A stretch of 21,113 nucleotides of DNA from an uncultured bacterium (GCA_964619725.1 CAZUFC010000133.1:1-21113), one strand, 5' to 3'; shown: positions 8,334 to 16,568, numbered from the stretch's first letter. Notes: generated from the letters alone by a model not told the origin. Numbers and translations are program-made.

Positions 8334-9596
8334 TCAAACAAATACCTTCCGGTATTCCTGTATCCCATCATTCGCCCACCAGGCATCGATTTTCTTCGCA
8401 TACTCCAGAACTTCTATCATCGACGTATCGTAACCGAATATCTTGTAAGGCAGCTTGAGAGAATCCAGAATGTCCTTCACATAAAACATGCCTCGAATTA
8501 AATTGGGTCCCCCGCGGCCTATGATGACATATACAGGCCTATTCCCGTGAACAGCGATGTGATCTCGCAAAGCATCAAATATTCCTTTAAAGGTGACGTA
8601 AATATCTGTGTTATTCGCTTTGCCCCCTATAACCAGAAGAACGTTGGCCCTGTCATACCAGTGATCGAAAACGATACGGCTGATCTCATACATCTTCTCA
8701 TACGGCGGATTGCCCCCGAAATCTGATGAAAAAATCGCACGGTCTCCTAAAGTCTCCGTCGCTGCCGTGTTGGCTCCCCCGCCGAACATGAATGGAATGA
8801 TCGTTCCCCCCGAATTCTGCTCCAGAACGTCGCTCTGACCCTGGTAAGTCCTTAAACGGTTGATCTCTGCCTCAAACGAAGTCACCTCACTCTGGAATAT
8901 CGTCAACGGCAAACCGATACGTCGCCAGGCCGGATCATCCTGGTCGAAGGCCGCCTTTAAATCGCAACCCACAGGTTCATATCCCGCGCCCACTTGCTTC
9001 ATCATTATCGGATTCAACTCTATCGTCGTCATTCCATAGTTGTTGAACAGCGCCCATAACTTCGGCAGATGCCTCACCAGTGGAGAAATATATTTTTCAG
9101 GACATCCCGTGTCGTTCAACGCATTCGTCACGTCAAAAGACTTTATGCCGATGAATGGATCAATCCATACTTCGCGCTTCTTATCCGCTGGTAAACTCTC
9201 AACATCTACTCCGCCGAAAGCCGTTATCGTGAAAATCGGCTTCCTTAACTCTGTCGAATAATTGATGCTGAAATATACCTCAATCTCCGACTCTATATAT
9301 TCCTCAAAAGTGACTCCGTCAGCCTGAACCGTCTTTGAACCATATTTGTGCCTGGCAAAATATAACTCTTCCTTTGCCTTTACCGCATCCGTTACATTGT
9401 CTACGACTCTTACAAGTCCGGCCTTGCCCTTCTTGCCGACGCCCCCGTAAAAAACAGGTTTGACTACTACTTTTTCATACCTGTCCAGCATTTGCTGGAG
9501 CTGTTCCTTTGTCGCACTGCCGTCAAGCATATCCGCGGACGGAAATTCGACAAGTCTTAAAAGTTGAGAACCGTACCGTAATCCTGATATCTGCAT
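8334..9596 (-). CDS. aclB: ATP citrate lyase beta subunit (ATP-grasp + citrate-binding domain)
   Basis: VVVKPVFYGGVGKKGKAGLV, GGVDVE and IELNP (ATP-grasp); FGGGANTA, DFGGNP, IGGKANNTDIYVTFKGI and GRGGPNL (ACL citrate-binding domain). Confidence 0.88.
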   Translation of the reverse strand: MQISGLRYGSQLLRLVEFPSADMLDGSATKEQLQQMLDRYEKVVVKPVFYGGVGKKGKAGLVRVVDNVTDAVKAKEELYFARHKYGSKTVQADGVTFEEYIESEIEVYFSINYSTELRKPIFTITAFGGVDVESLPADKKREVWIDPFIGIKSFDVTNALNDTGCPEKYISPLVRHLPKLWALFNNYGMTTIELNPIMMKQVGAGYEPVGCDLKAAFDQDDPAWRRIGLPLTIFQSEVTSFEAEINRLRTYQGQSDVLEQNSGGTIIPFMFGGGANTAATETLGDRAIFSSDFGGNPPYEKMYEISRIVFDHWYDRANVLLVIGGKANNTDIYVTFKGIFDALRDHIAVHGNRPVYVIIGRGGPNLIRGMFYVKDILDSLKLPYKIFGYDTSMIEVLEYAKKIDAWWANDGIQEYRKVFV

Positions 9597-9724
9597 GGCC
9601 TCATCCTTTTCTTATTATTCATCTGTCGGTTTCAGAGAATGAATTCTCAGTTGCCTTTTACTCACTGATCTCCATTTCTCTTTTTTCAGCTTGCGGAGCG
9701 TCTCCCCGTAAGCAAACCGACGGC

Positions 9725-9752
9725 AGTATAGACCTATTAATGCAATTGTCAA
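9725..9752 (-). promoter_or_regulatory. Candidate sigma70 promoter of aclBA
   Basis: Minus strand TTGACA (9752-9747), 16-nt spacer, TATACT (9730-9725), about 130 nt upstream of the aclB ATG. Confidence 0.6.
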
Positions 9753-9932
9753 GCACACCTGTAACTTCCTGTCTTTAATAGAATTCGAGCGATACGACCT
9801 TGAGCTCCCTCCCTGTTCTTTGAACTGATCAAATAGACGCAACAATATTAGCCGAGAGAAAAATTGTCGGCGGGATATCCTCACCGGCAAAGAAGAAACA
9901 TACGCTGTTTTCGATGCCTTGTTTTTCTCCCG

Positions 9933-9959
9933 GGGAACATTATTTTTCGTTCAAGTGTA
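9933..9959 (+). repeat. 27-bp dispersed repeat, copy 1
   Basis: gggaacattatttttcgttcaagtgta matches 16512-16538 at 24/27 positions. Confidence 0.65.
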
Positions 9960-9962
9960 TTA

Positions 9963-10141
9963 ACCCGGATTTCTCATACAAAATCGTAGTGAGAGCGTTC
10001 AGATTCCCGCAGATTCAAGCATGGCGGACTGAAGGACTGCGGAAACATAGCAGCGCTACGTTGAGCAAGGCCGCAGGGAGCAGCGCTTGAAGGTGCGGGG
10101 ATATGGACGCTCGTAACAGGTTTTGTATGAGAAATGCGGGT
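9963..10141 (+). mobile_element. 179-bp MITE, copy B
   Basis: TIRs acccggatttctcatacaaaa / ttttgtatgagaaatgcgggt (1 mismatch), TA at 9961-9962 and 10142-10143. Confidence 0.9.
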
Positions 10142-10496
10142 TAAGTCCAGACAGCGGATGTCGAATGAAAGAAAGGAGTAATTTCGATGAAATCGTTTGC
10201 CTTACGTAAAATGTTTCATTACACGATCATCTTTATTCCGGCGCTGCTCTGTTGCGGCAGCTCTCAGCTTCTGGGGCGCCCTGCGGGACAATGAAACCGC
10301 AGAATTACTCACATACGTCGTTATCCAATGGGGCTTTACAGAATAATAACCGCAAAACAGGCATTGAAAAACAATACTGCTGATCGAAATATTTAATTGC
10401 GTCACGGCTGACGGTTTCTTTAATGCATTCCTGTATCTCTGTACGCTACAGGATTCGCCCCCTCGATTCCCGGTCCCGGAAAATCATTCCGAAAGC

Positions 10497-11786
10497 CTAA
10501 TTTATACCCGGTATTACGTCAATACCGCTGATATATAAGCCCAGCTCCCTACCATCGTCGGCTATGCCTGACTCCTGGGGCACAAACGTTCGGTCGGTAC
10601 TCAGGATCAGCTCCGCGGTTTCTGCTCCTTTTTCCCTTAAAGATGGATCGAGCGGATACATTTTGTCCAGCAATTCCTTTTTCGCCCTGAACTCGTCTAT
10701 CACAGAACCGTCCAACTCTATCCTGACCATAGGATGCTCCCCAAGCTTATCTATCGGCGCTCGTCCGATAATTACAAGATGACCGCCCTCAGACGGAACG
10801 GCCAGCGTCACTCTCCCCTCATAGCCCATCCAGCGCCAGTCCTTATAATCGCTGCTCTCCTCCCCATACCAACCCTCATCATAACGCACCCCTGAAAATG
10901 ATGCGGACGACAGCATCATGCCTAATCGTCGATCATCGCTCCCGCCACGGCATTCAAAAGGAGAAAATACGGCGTCCGTCTCTAGTATTATTTCTATTTC
11001 TTCACCCTTCAAACATTCGGGCATTATAAACATGTCAGCGGTTATCTTGTCGTTATCAAACGCTTTGCTGCCTTCTGAATCGCCGCATACCCGCCAGGTC
11101 AATGTCGGAGGCCTATCGAAACATTCCAGCATCGTACTCCCCTTTATATGCACGAATCCCGGATGCTGAGGCGTTTTCATCATTATCCTGCCCTGCTTGC
11201 CCATCCATCGCCAACTCTCCTTAGTCCCGCCGTCAAACTCCGTCGCGTAAAATCCCTCTTTATACTGAAAACTCTCAACCTTCTCCACATAAATACTTGC
11301 TGCTTCCGCCTTCTTCACAGCTTCATCATCCTTCGATAAAACATAATGCTCCACACCCGGTTTCTGCGGATCATACAACCCCAGCATCATGATTATTTTC
11401 GAATAGGGGACCCTCTCATCAACATGCACTATCTTCCTGTATTTCATCGGATAACCCGCTCTCCACTCCGTCGACGGTATCGGAGGCTGATGGTCCTCTA
11501 TCATCACAGTTTCACCACCGCCAGACTTTAAATGAAAGCTTACCGACAAGGGTACGCTTGTCGGAATGAAATTCTCCTGGGGTTCGAATATCACTCGCAA
11601 ATCCAGATAACTGCCCGCTTTTAAATATATACGCTCGCCGGTACGGCGAATCCCGGCAGGACCCTTTATTTCTATAGACGGCTTGACGTTTATCAAATTC
11701 ATACGTTCCTTCCCGCCTTCACATGCATACCAGACGAACAGCAATACTATCAAAATCATCGCTTTCCCGGTTCGAAAAATCTTCAT
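10497..11786 (-). CDS. Hypothetical exported protein / putative lipoprotein with two repeated beta-rich domains
   Basis: Signal-like N-terminus ending WYAC; internal duplication YKEGFY..E..SWRWMG..G..DDRRLG and YDEGWY..E..DWRWMG..G..DGRELG. Confidence 0.75.
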   Translation of the reverse strand: MKIFRTGKAMILIVLLFVWYACEGGKERMNLINVKPSIEIKGPAGIRRTGERIYLKAGSYLDLRVIFEPQENFIPTSVPLSVSFHLKSGGGETVMIEDHQPPIPSTEWRAGYPMKYRKIVHVDERVPYSKIIMMLGLYDPQKPGVEHYVLSKDDEAVKKAEAASIYVEKVESFQYKEGFYATEFDGGTKESWRWMGKQGRIMMKTPQHPGFVHIKGSTMLECFDRPPTLTWRVCGDSEGSKAFDNDKITADMFIMPECLKGEEIEIILETDAVFSPFECRGGSDDRRLGMMLSSASFSGVRYDEGWYGEESSDYKDWRWMGYEGRVTLAVPSEGGHLVIIGRAPIDKLGEHPMVRIELDGSVIDEFRAKKELLDKMYPLDPSLREKGAETAELILSTDRTFVPQESGIADDGRELGLYISGIDVIPGIN

Positions 11787-11816
11787 TGTGACTCTCCCTG
11801 ATTAATAGTCCGGTGA

Positions 11817-11846
11817 ATTCTACCTTCCCGTCAATTTATAAGTCAA
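11817..11846 (-). promoter_or_regulatory. Candidate sigma70 promoter
   Basis: Minus strand TTGACT (11846-11841), 18-nt spacer, TAGAAT (11822-11817), 30 nt upstream of ATG 11786. Confidence 0.5.
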
Positions 11847-11973
11847 TCCAATTTTTCATACCATCAGCCTGCGCTCATTGTCCGACACGCTTCCCCGGCA
11901 ATGCACATGTCGTCAGGTCCGCTCGGCCGGCTCGTGATTCCCCTTGCAGCAAGAATTCATCGACAGGAAATGT

Positions 11974-12054
11974 TTAACCGCTCTTCCTTACGAGAATCCA
12001 GGCAATTATTAATACTATGATAGCGATTATTCCAATGATAGTCCCTGTGGACAT
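11974..12054 (-). CDS. 26-aa single-pass membrane peptide
   Basis: Below the ORF-track cut-off. Manual translation MSTGTIIGIIAIIVLIIAWILVRKSG*; GAGGAGG RBS ending 8 nt before the ATG. Confidence 0.7.
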   Translation of the reverse strand: MSTGTIIGIIAIIVLIIAWILVRKSG

Positions 12055-12409
12055 CGACCACGCCTCCTCGTTAAACGTCAGTTTCTTCATTTTCCGGGGG
12101 AGGATGCTAATTGAATCAGCCTTCACCCCCCGACCCCCAGGCGAAAAAAATAAGAATGCCGCTAAAGCAACCTCTTATCATTGCCGCATACTTATCTTCC
12201 CTCGTATGCGTTCCCTCTTATTCTACTAAATTGTTCCGTTCACTTCAAATATATTTTACCGCTCTATCGCACGGAATGGCCGGCCGGCGCATCTCTCCAA
12301 ACCCGATTCCTGATTTACGCTTTTATAATGAACAGGCTCTGCGCATTTTTCTTAAGGCAATGAAAGCACAGTTTTGCGATCAAGGAGTACCTGTCTCGCC
12401 GAAGCCTTG

Positions 12410-12588
12410 GCCCGGATTTCTCATACAAAATCGTAGTGAGAGCGTTCAGATTCCCGCAGATTCAAGCATGGCGGACTGAAGGACTGCGGAAACATAGCAG
12501 CGCTACGTTGAGCAAGGCCGCAGGGAGCAGCGCTTGAAGGTGCGGGGATATGGACGCTCGTAACAGGTTTTGCATGAGAAATGCGGGT
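12410..12588 (+). mobile_element. 179-bp MITE, copy C
   Basis: 2 differences from copy B; left flank TG, right flank TA. Confidence 0.9.
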
Positions 12589-12716
12589 TAGCACAAGTGG
12601 ATTGTTTATTCGTTGATCAAGCTAATCCGCAGCATGATTAAGCATTAAGGAAAATTCTCCGCTTACTGACGGAAATGCTTCAGGAAAGCAACATTGAACG
12701 CTCTTCTTCTAAATGC

Positions 12717-12764
12717 TTATTGCGCCTTCGCAGGCAACAACATGAACCCGCGAAAGCGCAATAA
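12717..12764 (-). terminator. 18-bp stem-loop downstream of the secreted-protein gene
   Basis: Minus strand ttattgcgctttcgcggg-N12-cctgcgaaggcgcaataa, fully paired with two G-U; about 40 nt after the stop at 12806. No clear U tract, so it may be a stability hairpin. Confidence 0.5.
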
Positions 12765-12805
12765 ATCCACATCCGATACTCTGAATTCCCTTTATTCCAG
12801 TCCCC

Positions 12806-13480
12806 CTATAATTGCATGACCACGGAAATCAGCGACGCACAAATATAACCGCCGGCTCCTCCGAAAATTCCGCCCAGACAATCACATCCCAATACCTTCC
12901 ACCAATTGATCGCACGGCTGTCATAGCCCGTATCAACGCCGCATATGTGAAGATACTCCAGTCCGCCCATTCCGCCCAACTCGCACGGAGTCCAGAAACG
13001 CATGCTGTGACGCGCAACCGATGCACTGGATAAAAAAATCTCCAAATCACCCCCCGACAAATTCAACATCGCCCTTCTCTCCAATAACTCAAGCGCCTGC
13101 TCAAACTCCTCTATCGCCATATCCTGGCTCAATAAATTCAACAAGGAAAACTCATACTGCTTCACCGCATAACTTACCGGAGCCTCTTTTATCCATTCAT
13201 ACGGGTCAAGCTCCTCAATGGTTTCGGGTATCGGAGGCAATCGCATTCCGTCATACGAACCCCGAGTCATTATAAAAAAACTGCCCGTCAATTCGTCGAT
13301 CTTTTCGACTATCGCATCCCCTTCAGGAAGCTCCTGTAAATGCTGTAAAACGTATTTCACTCCCTGATTGTGCTCCATACCAACCCAATCCATGAAATTG
13401 TCGGATGCTGAAGCGCTCCATGAACCCAGTATCATCGCCAATGCCGCCGCTATGGTTAATAATTTACTCATCCTCTCCAT
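12806..13480 (-). CDS. Secreted hypothetical protein with C-terminal Gly/Cys-rich hydrophobic peptide
   Basis: AAAGGAGG RBS; signal peptide ending SASA; acidic helical middle; C-terminus RAINWWKVLGCDCLGGIFGGAGGYICASLISVVMQL. Confidence 0.85.
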   Translation of the reverse strand: MERMSKLLTIAAALAMILGSWSASASDNFMDWVGMEHNQGVKYVLQHLQELPEGDAIVEKIDELTGSFFIMTRGSYDGMRLPPIPETIEELDPYEWIKEAPVSYAVKQYEFSLLNLLSQDMAIEEFEQALELLERRAMLNLSGGDLEIFLSSASVARHSMRFWTPCELGGMGGLEYLHICGVDTGYDSRAINWWKVLGCDCLGGIFGGAGGYICASLISVVMQL

Positions 13481-13626
13481 CCTTCCGATCCTCCTTTTGA
13501 CATCTGTTTCTCTGTTTTTATTTATAAACCGGCTGCCGGATTAACTCGCCCTTTTCTCAAAATCAACAAGCCCATCCGGTTCCGCTCCTGCTCCTCAAAA
13601 AGCTCATTGAATCGCACCCTCCTAAT

Positions 13627-13643
13627 TTCAAATCCCGTGCCGG
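13627..13643 (-). promoter_or_regulatory. Candidate sigma54 (-24/-12) promoter
   Basis: Minus strand CCGGCACG-GGAT-TTGAA versus consensus TGGCACG-N4-TTGC; GG-N10-GA spacing is correct, the -12 C is replaced by A. Confidence 0.45.
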
Positions 13644-13738
13644 CGTCCCGTCGCCATCCCCACATCATCACAAACATCCCGCTGAACTTGCTCCAACCAG
13701 CGCCGCTCCAAAGAACTCCAATCATATACAAATCTGAT

Positions 13739-13788
13739 CTCGCCGATTACGGCGATACCGGAAACCCACACTCGCCTTAACCGGCGAT
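13739..13788. promoter_or_regulatory. Tandem palindromic operator-like sites CTCGCC-N6-GGCGAT (x2)
   Basis: ctcgcc-gattac-ggcgat (13739-13756) and ctcgcc-ttaacc-ggcgat (13771-13788), 32-bp period. Confidence 0.5.
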
Positions 13789-14191
13789 TACTCGGCCGCT
13801 AAGCAACACAATCACACACTCTCATCCTGGCCCATTAAACCAACCGCCCGAAAGTCAAAATGCCGATCCTCCCTTCAATCGCCTCTGACCCCCTATATTT
13901 CGCCCGCTTAAAAAGTTTTTCGAACAGCCCTCGTCTTATACATCATCGTCATCCCGCTCGTCTGCAGCGAATCGCACGCAGCCTCCGAACCATACTATGA
14001 CCGTAAAACCACAATTTTTTTTTTGAAACTCACATTTTTTCCTTTGTAATCTTATTTTCATTATGTTATCTTGAAAAAATACAGGTTGGTACACCTGGGG
14101 AAAAGTTACCACCGAAGAGCATGTCGAGCCGTGGGCAGTTTTTCGGTTTTGATGGTACCATGGCAGTAGAAAGAGAAAGAGTAAGAAGATG

Positions 14192-14515
14192 ATGAACATC
14201 TATGTTGGTAATCTGGATTATGGGGTTACCGATGAACAACTGAAGGCCATGTTTGAAGAACATGGCGCCGTTGACTCAGCAAAAATTATTATGGACAGGT
14301 TCACCCAAAGATCAAGAGGATTCGGATTCGTTGAAATGGCGGATGACGACCAGGCTCAGGCAGCAATCAATGAACTCAATGGAAAAGAGATTAACGGACG
14401 CTCTCTCGTCGTGAACGAAGCCAGGCCTCGAAACCAGCGCGACAATCGCGGTGGCGGCGGCGGCGGCCGTCGACGAGGAGGCTTCGGAGGCGGAGGCGGA
14501 CGAGGACGTTTTTAA
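14192..14515 (+). CDS. RRM (RNP-1) RNA-binding protein with Gly/Arg-rich tail
   Basis: RNP2 IYVGNL, RNP1 RGFGFVEM, LVVNEARPR and an RGGGG tail; start could be 14189 or 14192. Confidence 0.95.
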   Translation: MNIYVGNLDYGVTDEQLKAMFEEHGAVDSAKIIMDRFTQRSRGFGFVEMADDDQAQAAINELNGKEINGRSLVVNEARPRNQRDNRGGGGGGRRRGGFGGGGGRGRF

Positions 14516-14547
14516 TCCCCCGCTAAATTTACTTAAAACAAGTTAAG

Positions 14548-14618
14548 CTTAGGTTGAAAGATAAAGCCGGGAAGATTCTCTTCGTCAGAATTTAATCGCT
14601 TTCATCTTTCAACCTGAG
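14548..14618 (+). terminator. Long stem-loop in the 3' UTR of the RRM gene
   Basis: cttaggttgaaagataaagc (14548-14567) pairs with gctttcatctttcaacctgag (14598-14618) with one bulge; inner hairpin agattct/agaattt. Confidence 0.5.
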
Positions 14619-14705
14619 GCAGGATTGTGTCTTTTTATACGGTTCTGTTTTATTAATATTCAGGATTGCTCGTATGCAGTTTCTGTTCACAAACGGCCAA
14701 TTTTC

Positions 14706-14748
14706 GGGACTGATCAAACCGGGTTACACTTCTTTCAAAACTTTTGAC
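14706..14748 (+). repeat. 43-bp dispersed direct repeat, copy 1
   Basis: gggactgatcaaaccgggttacacttctttcaaaacttttgac; second copy at 18477-18520 differs by 2 substitutions and 1 indel. Confidence 0.8.
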
Positions 14749-14760
14749 AGTTTGTCTCAG

Positions 14761-14798
14761 CAATCGGGGTCGGGGTCGGTATCGCAATCGAAATCGAA
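14761..14798. repeat. Tandem hexamer array (NNRTCG)x6
   Basis: caatcg gggtcg gggtcg gtatcg caatcg aaatcg. Confidence 0.65.
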
Positions 14799-15035
14799 AC
14801 AAAATCATGGGCGATTCCGTCAGATTGTAACCTCAAAAGACCTATTTTTGATCAATGCTATTTTTTCGTTTGCGGATCAGAAACCGCAACGCTTGTCCAA
14901 CAGCAAAATTTGAATCGGGAATCGAGTTTACAGAGGTGCGCCGGCTCTTAATTCCCGCCTCCTGGACATAAATCCGGCGTGAAAAATTCCAGTGATAAGC
15001 GGCTTCCAGCCTTGCGGGAAAATCGCTGAAAAAGA

Positions 15036-16262
15036 TCAAACTGAGTCCTGTCTCTGTTTGAGTCCCTCAGCGATCTCAGTCATCGTACCTTCAAGCCGGT
15101 CATGCGCAGCAAAAGCATTTGAACTTGTACAGACAAGCTCAATAAATTCTTCCGTCCCTGTGACCGCAGTAAAAAAGACTGTAGACTCCGTTCCCGGTGG
15201 TATAAAGAAAATCGATTCAGCCCGAAAAGAGGGTTCGCTGTATAATTCCAGGGGTATCTTTCCGAGGTTTGAAATGACCCCGGATGTGGAAGCCAAGCCT
15301 TTTTTTTGAACCTTCAGCCTGTTTTTCCTGCTGATCCTATTTAAAACCCTTATGGGAATCCGCTTAATCAGCTTCAAATTATAAGGAGTCGTTATGGCGC
15401 TGTGATCGTTCAGCCTGTTTTTTATCATTTCTGAAACGACCTCGAAGGAAGCGCCGGAAGGGATATCGACATGAATCATTCCCGTCAGGTTGGCGTTGGA
15501 ACGGATGCTTTCATCGCCGAACCGCAAATCTACAGGAATATGAATGCGCACTATGCCTGAAGGACGCTGCTGCTGCCGCTGCCGTGCAGCCTGGCTGATC
15601 AAACACGCCAATTGCGCTGTCAGAGCTTTATATCGTCCTTTTATCCTTATCCTTTTCCAGCTTATTCCTTTCCCTCCGGGTTCGACCTTACCAGTCGGGA
15701 TCAGACATTCCAGGGGACCCTGCAGACTCGAAATGCGGTTTTTCCATGCTTTTCTGTGCAAAAGCTGACTGTCGGTCATTCTAGAATCAGCCCCTTTTAA
15801 AGCATCGCCGCGCAGGGCGCGAAAAACATCCAGCGCCCAGCTCTGCGTACCCCGGCCGTCCATTACGGCATGCAGCGACCGGAAAATCGCTCGCGGGGGT
15901 TTCGAGTTGAGCAGCAAAACGTCACATGAAGGGCCTTTTTTATAATCCAGAGGGATATTTAAAAATTCGGCGCCTTCAGGATCGTAACCGGACCAGGATA
16001 CGTCATCGATCATTCGCACGGGAGCGTTACGGCCCGAATCTATCCATTTGGAACGCCCTAAAAATCCTCCAAAAACGACGCGGCTGCCGGGATTCGCCCG
16101 GCATGCCCGTTCCACCGCCCTTCTCCAACGCTCAAGGTCAAATGCTCCGCTTCCCTCTATAACCATTTGATTGGCGAAAGGCGGCGACAGTTCGTGAGCC
16201 GCTGTCCAGACCCGCTCGGTTATCGAAACATCTCTTTTATAACTCAAATCTTCCTTTTTCAT
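15036..16262 (-). CDS. Stand-alone condensation-domain / CoA-dependent acyltransferase
   Basis: Active-site variant SLHAVMDGRG of HHxxxDG, IPVDLR, ANLTG and ISNLG; about 410 aa. ATG 16262 (GAGGG upstream) preferred over TTG 16274. Confidence 0.8.
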   Translation of the reverse strand: MKKEDLSYKRDVSITERVWTAAHELSPPFANQMVIEGSGAFDLERWRRAVERACRANPGSRVVFGGFLGRSKWIDSGRNAPVRMIDDVSWSGYDPEGAEFLNIPLDYKKGPSCDVLLLNSKPPRAIFRSLHAVMDGRGTQSWALDVFRALRGDALKGADSRMTDSQLLHRKAWKNRISSLQGPLECLIPTGKVEPGGKGISWKRIRIKGRYKALTAQLACLISQAARQRQQQRPSGIVRIHIPVDLRFGDESIRSNANLTGMIHVDIPSGASFEVVSEMIKNRLNDHSAITTPYNLKLIKRIPIRVLNRISRKNRLKVQKKGLASTSGVISNLGKIPLELYSEPSFRAESIFFIPPGTESTVFFTAVTGTEEFIELVCTSSNAFAAHDRLEGTMTEIAEGLKQRQDSV

Positions 16263-16511
16263 TTCTTCCCTCAATCAAACTTCCGGCATAAAACGGACTG
16301 CATTCCCCAACTATATATCGGCGCTCGTAAAACACCCATTCCAATTCGTGTTCCGCCGGACGAATCGGGCAAGTGAAATTCCCCTGCCAAAGGCACACTT
16401 GCTGCCCTCTTGATGAGATGAAACCCCGTCGAAGACTCAGCATTTACATCCAAACGCCTCTCACTCAAAGCAGATTAGCATAGTCCGCTTCAGTCTGCAA
16501 CACTCCAAACC

Positions 16512-16538
16512 GGGAACATTATTTTTTCTTCAAGGGTA
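16512..16538 (+). repeat. 27-bp dispersed repeat, copy 2
   Basis: gggaacattattttttcttcaagggta; matches 9933-9959 at 24/27 positions. Confidence 0.65.
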
Positions 16539-16568
16539 ATAAATATTGCGGATATTCAAGCGGGAGGA

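Noticed and set aside
5547..9596. Succinyl-CoA synthetase (sucCD)
   Set aside because: The alpha subunit has a fused citrate-synthase-like lyase domain and the beta subunit has ACL-type GGKANNT and GRGGPN citrate-binding motifs.
9615..9890. 91-aa minus-strand ORF upstream of aclB
   Set aside because: It spans the predicted promoter and 5' UTR, has a TTG start and no recognisable motif.
5276..12588. Repeated 179-bp unit as a CRISPR array or RNA gene
   Set aside because: Copies are dispersed, carry TIRs and TA flanks and have no spacers; no cas genes and no tRNA or rRNA signature are visible.
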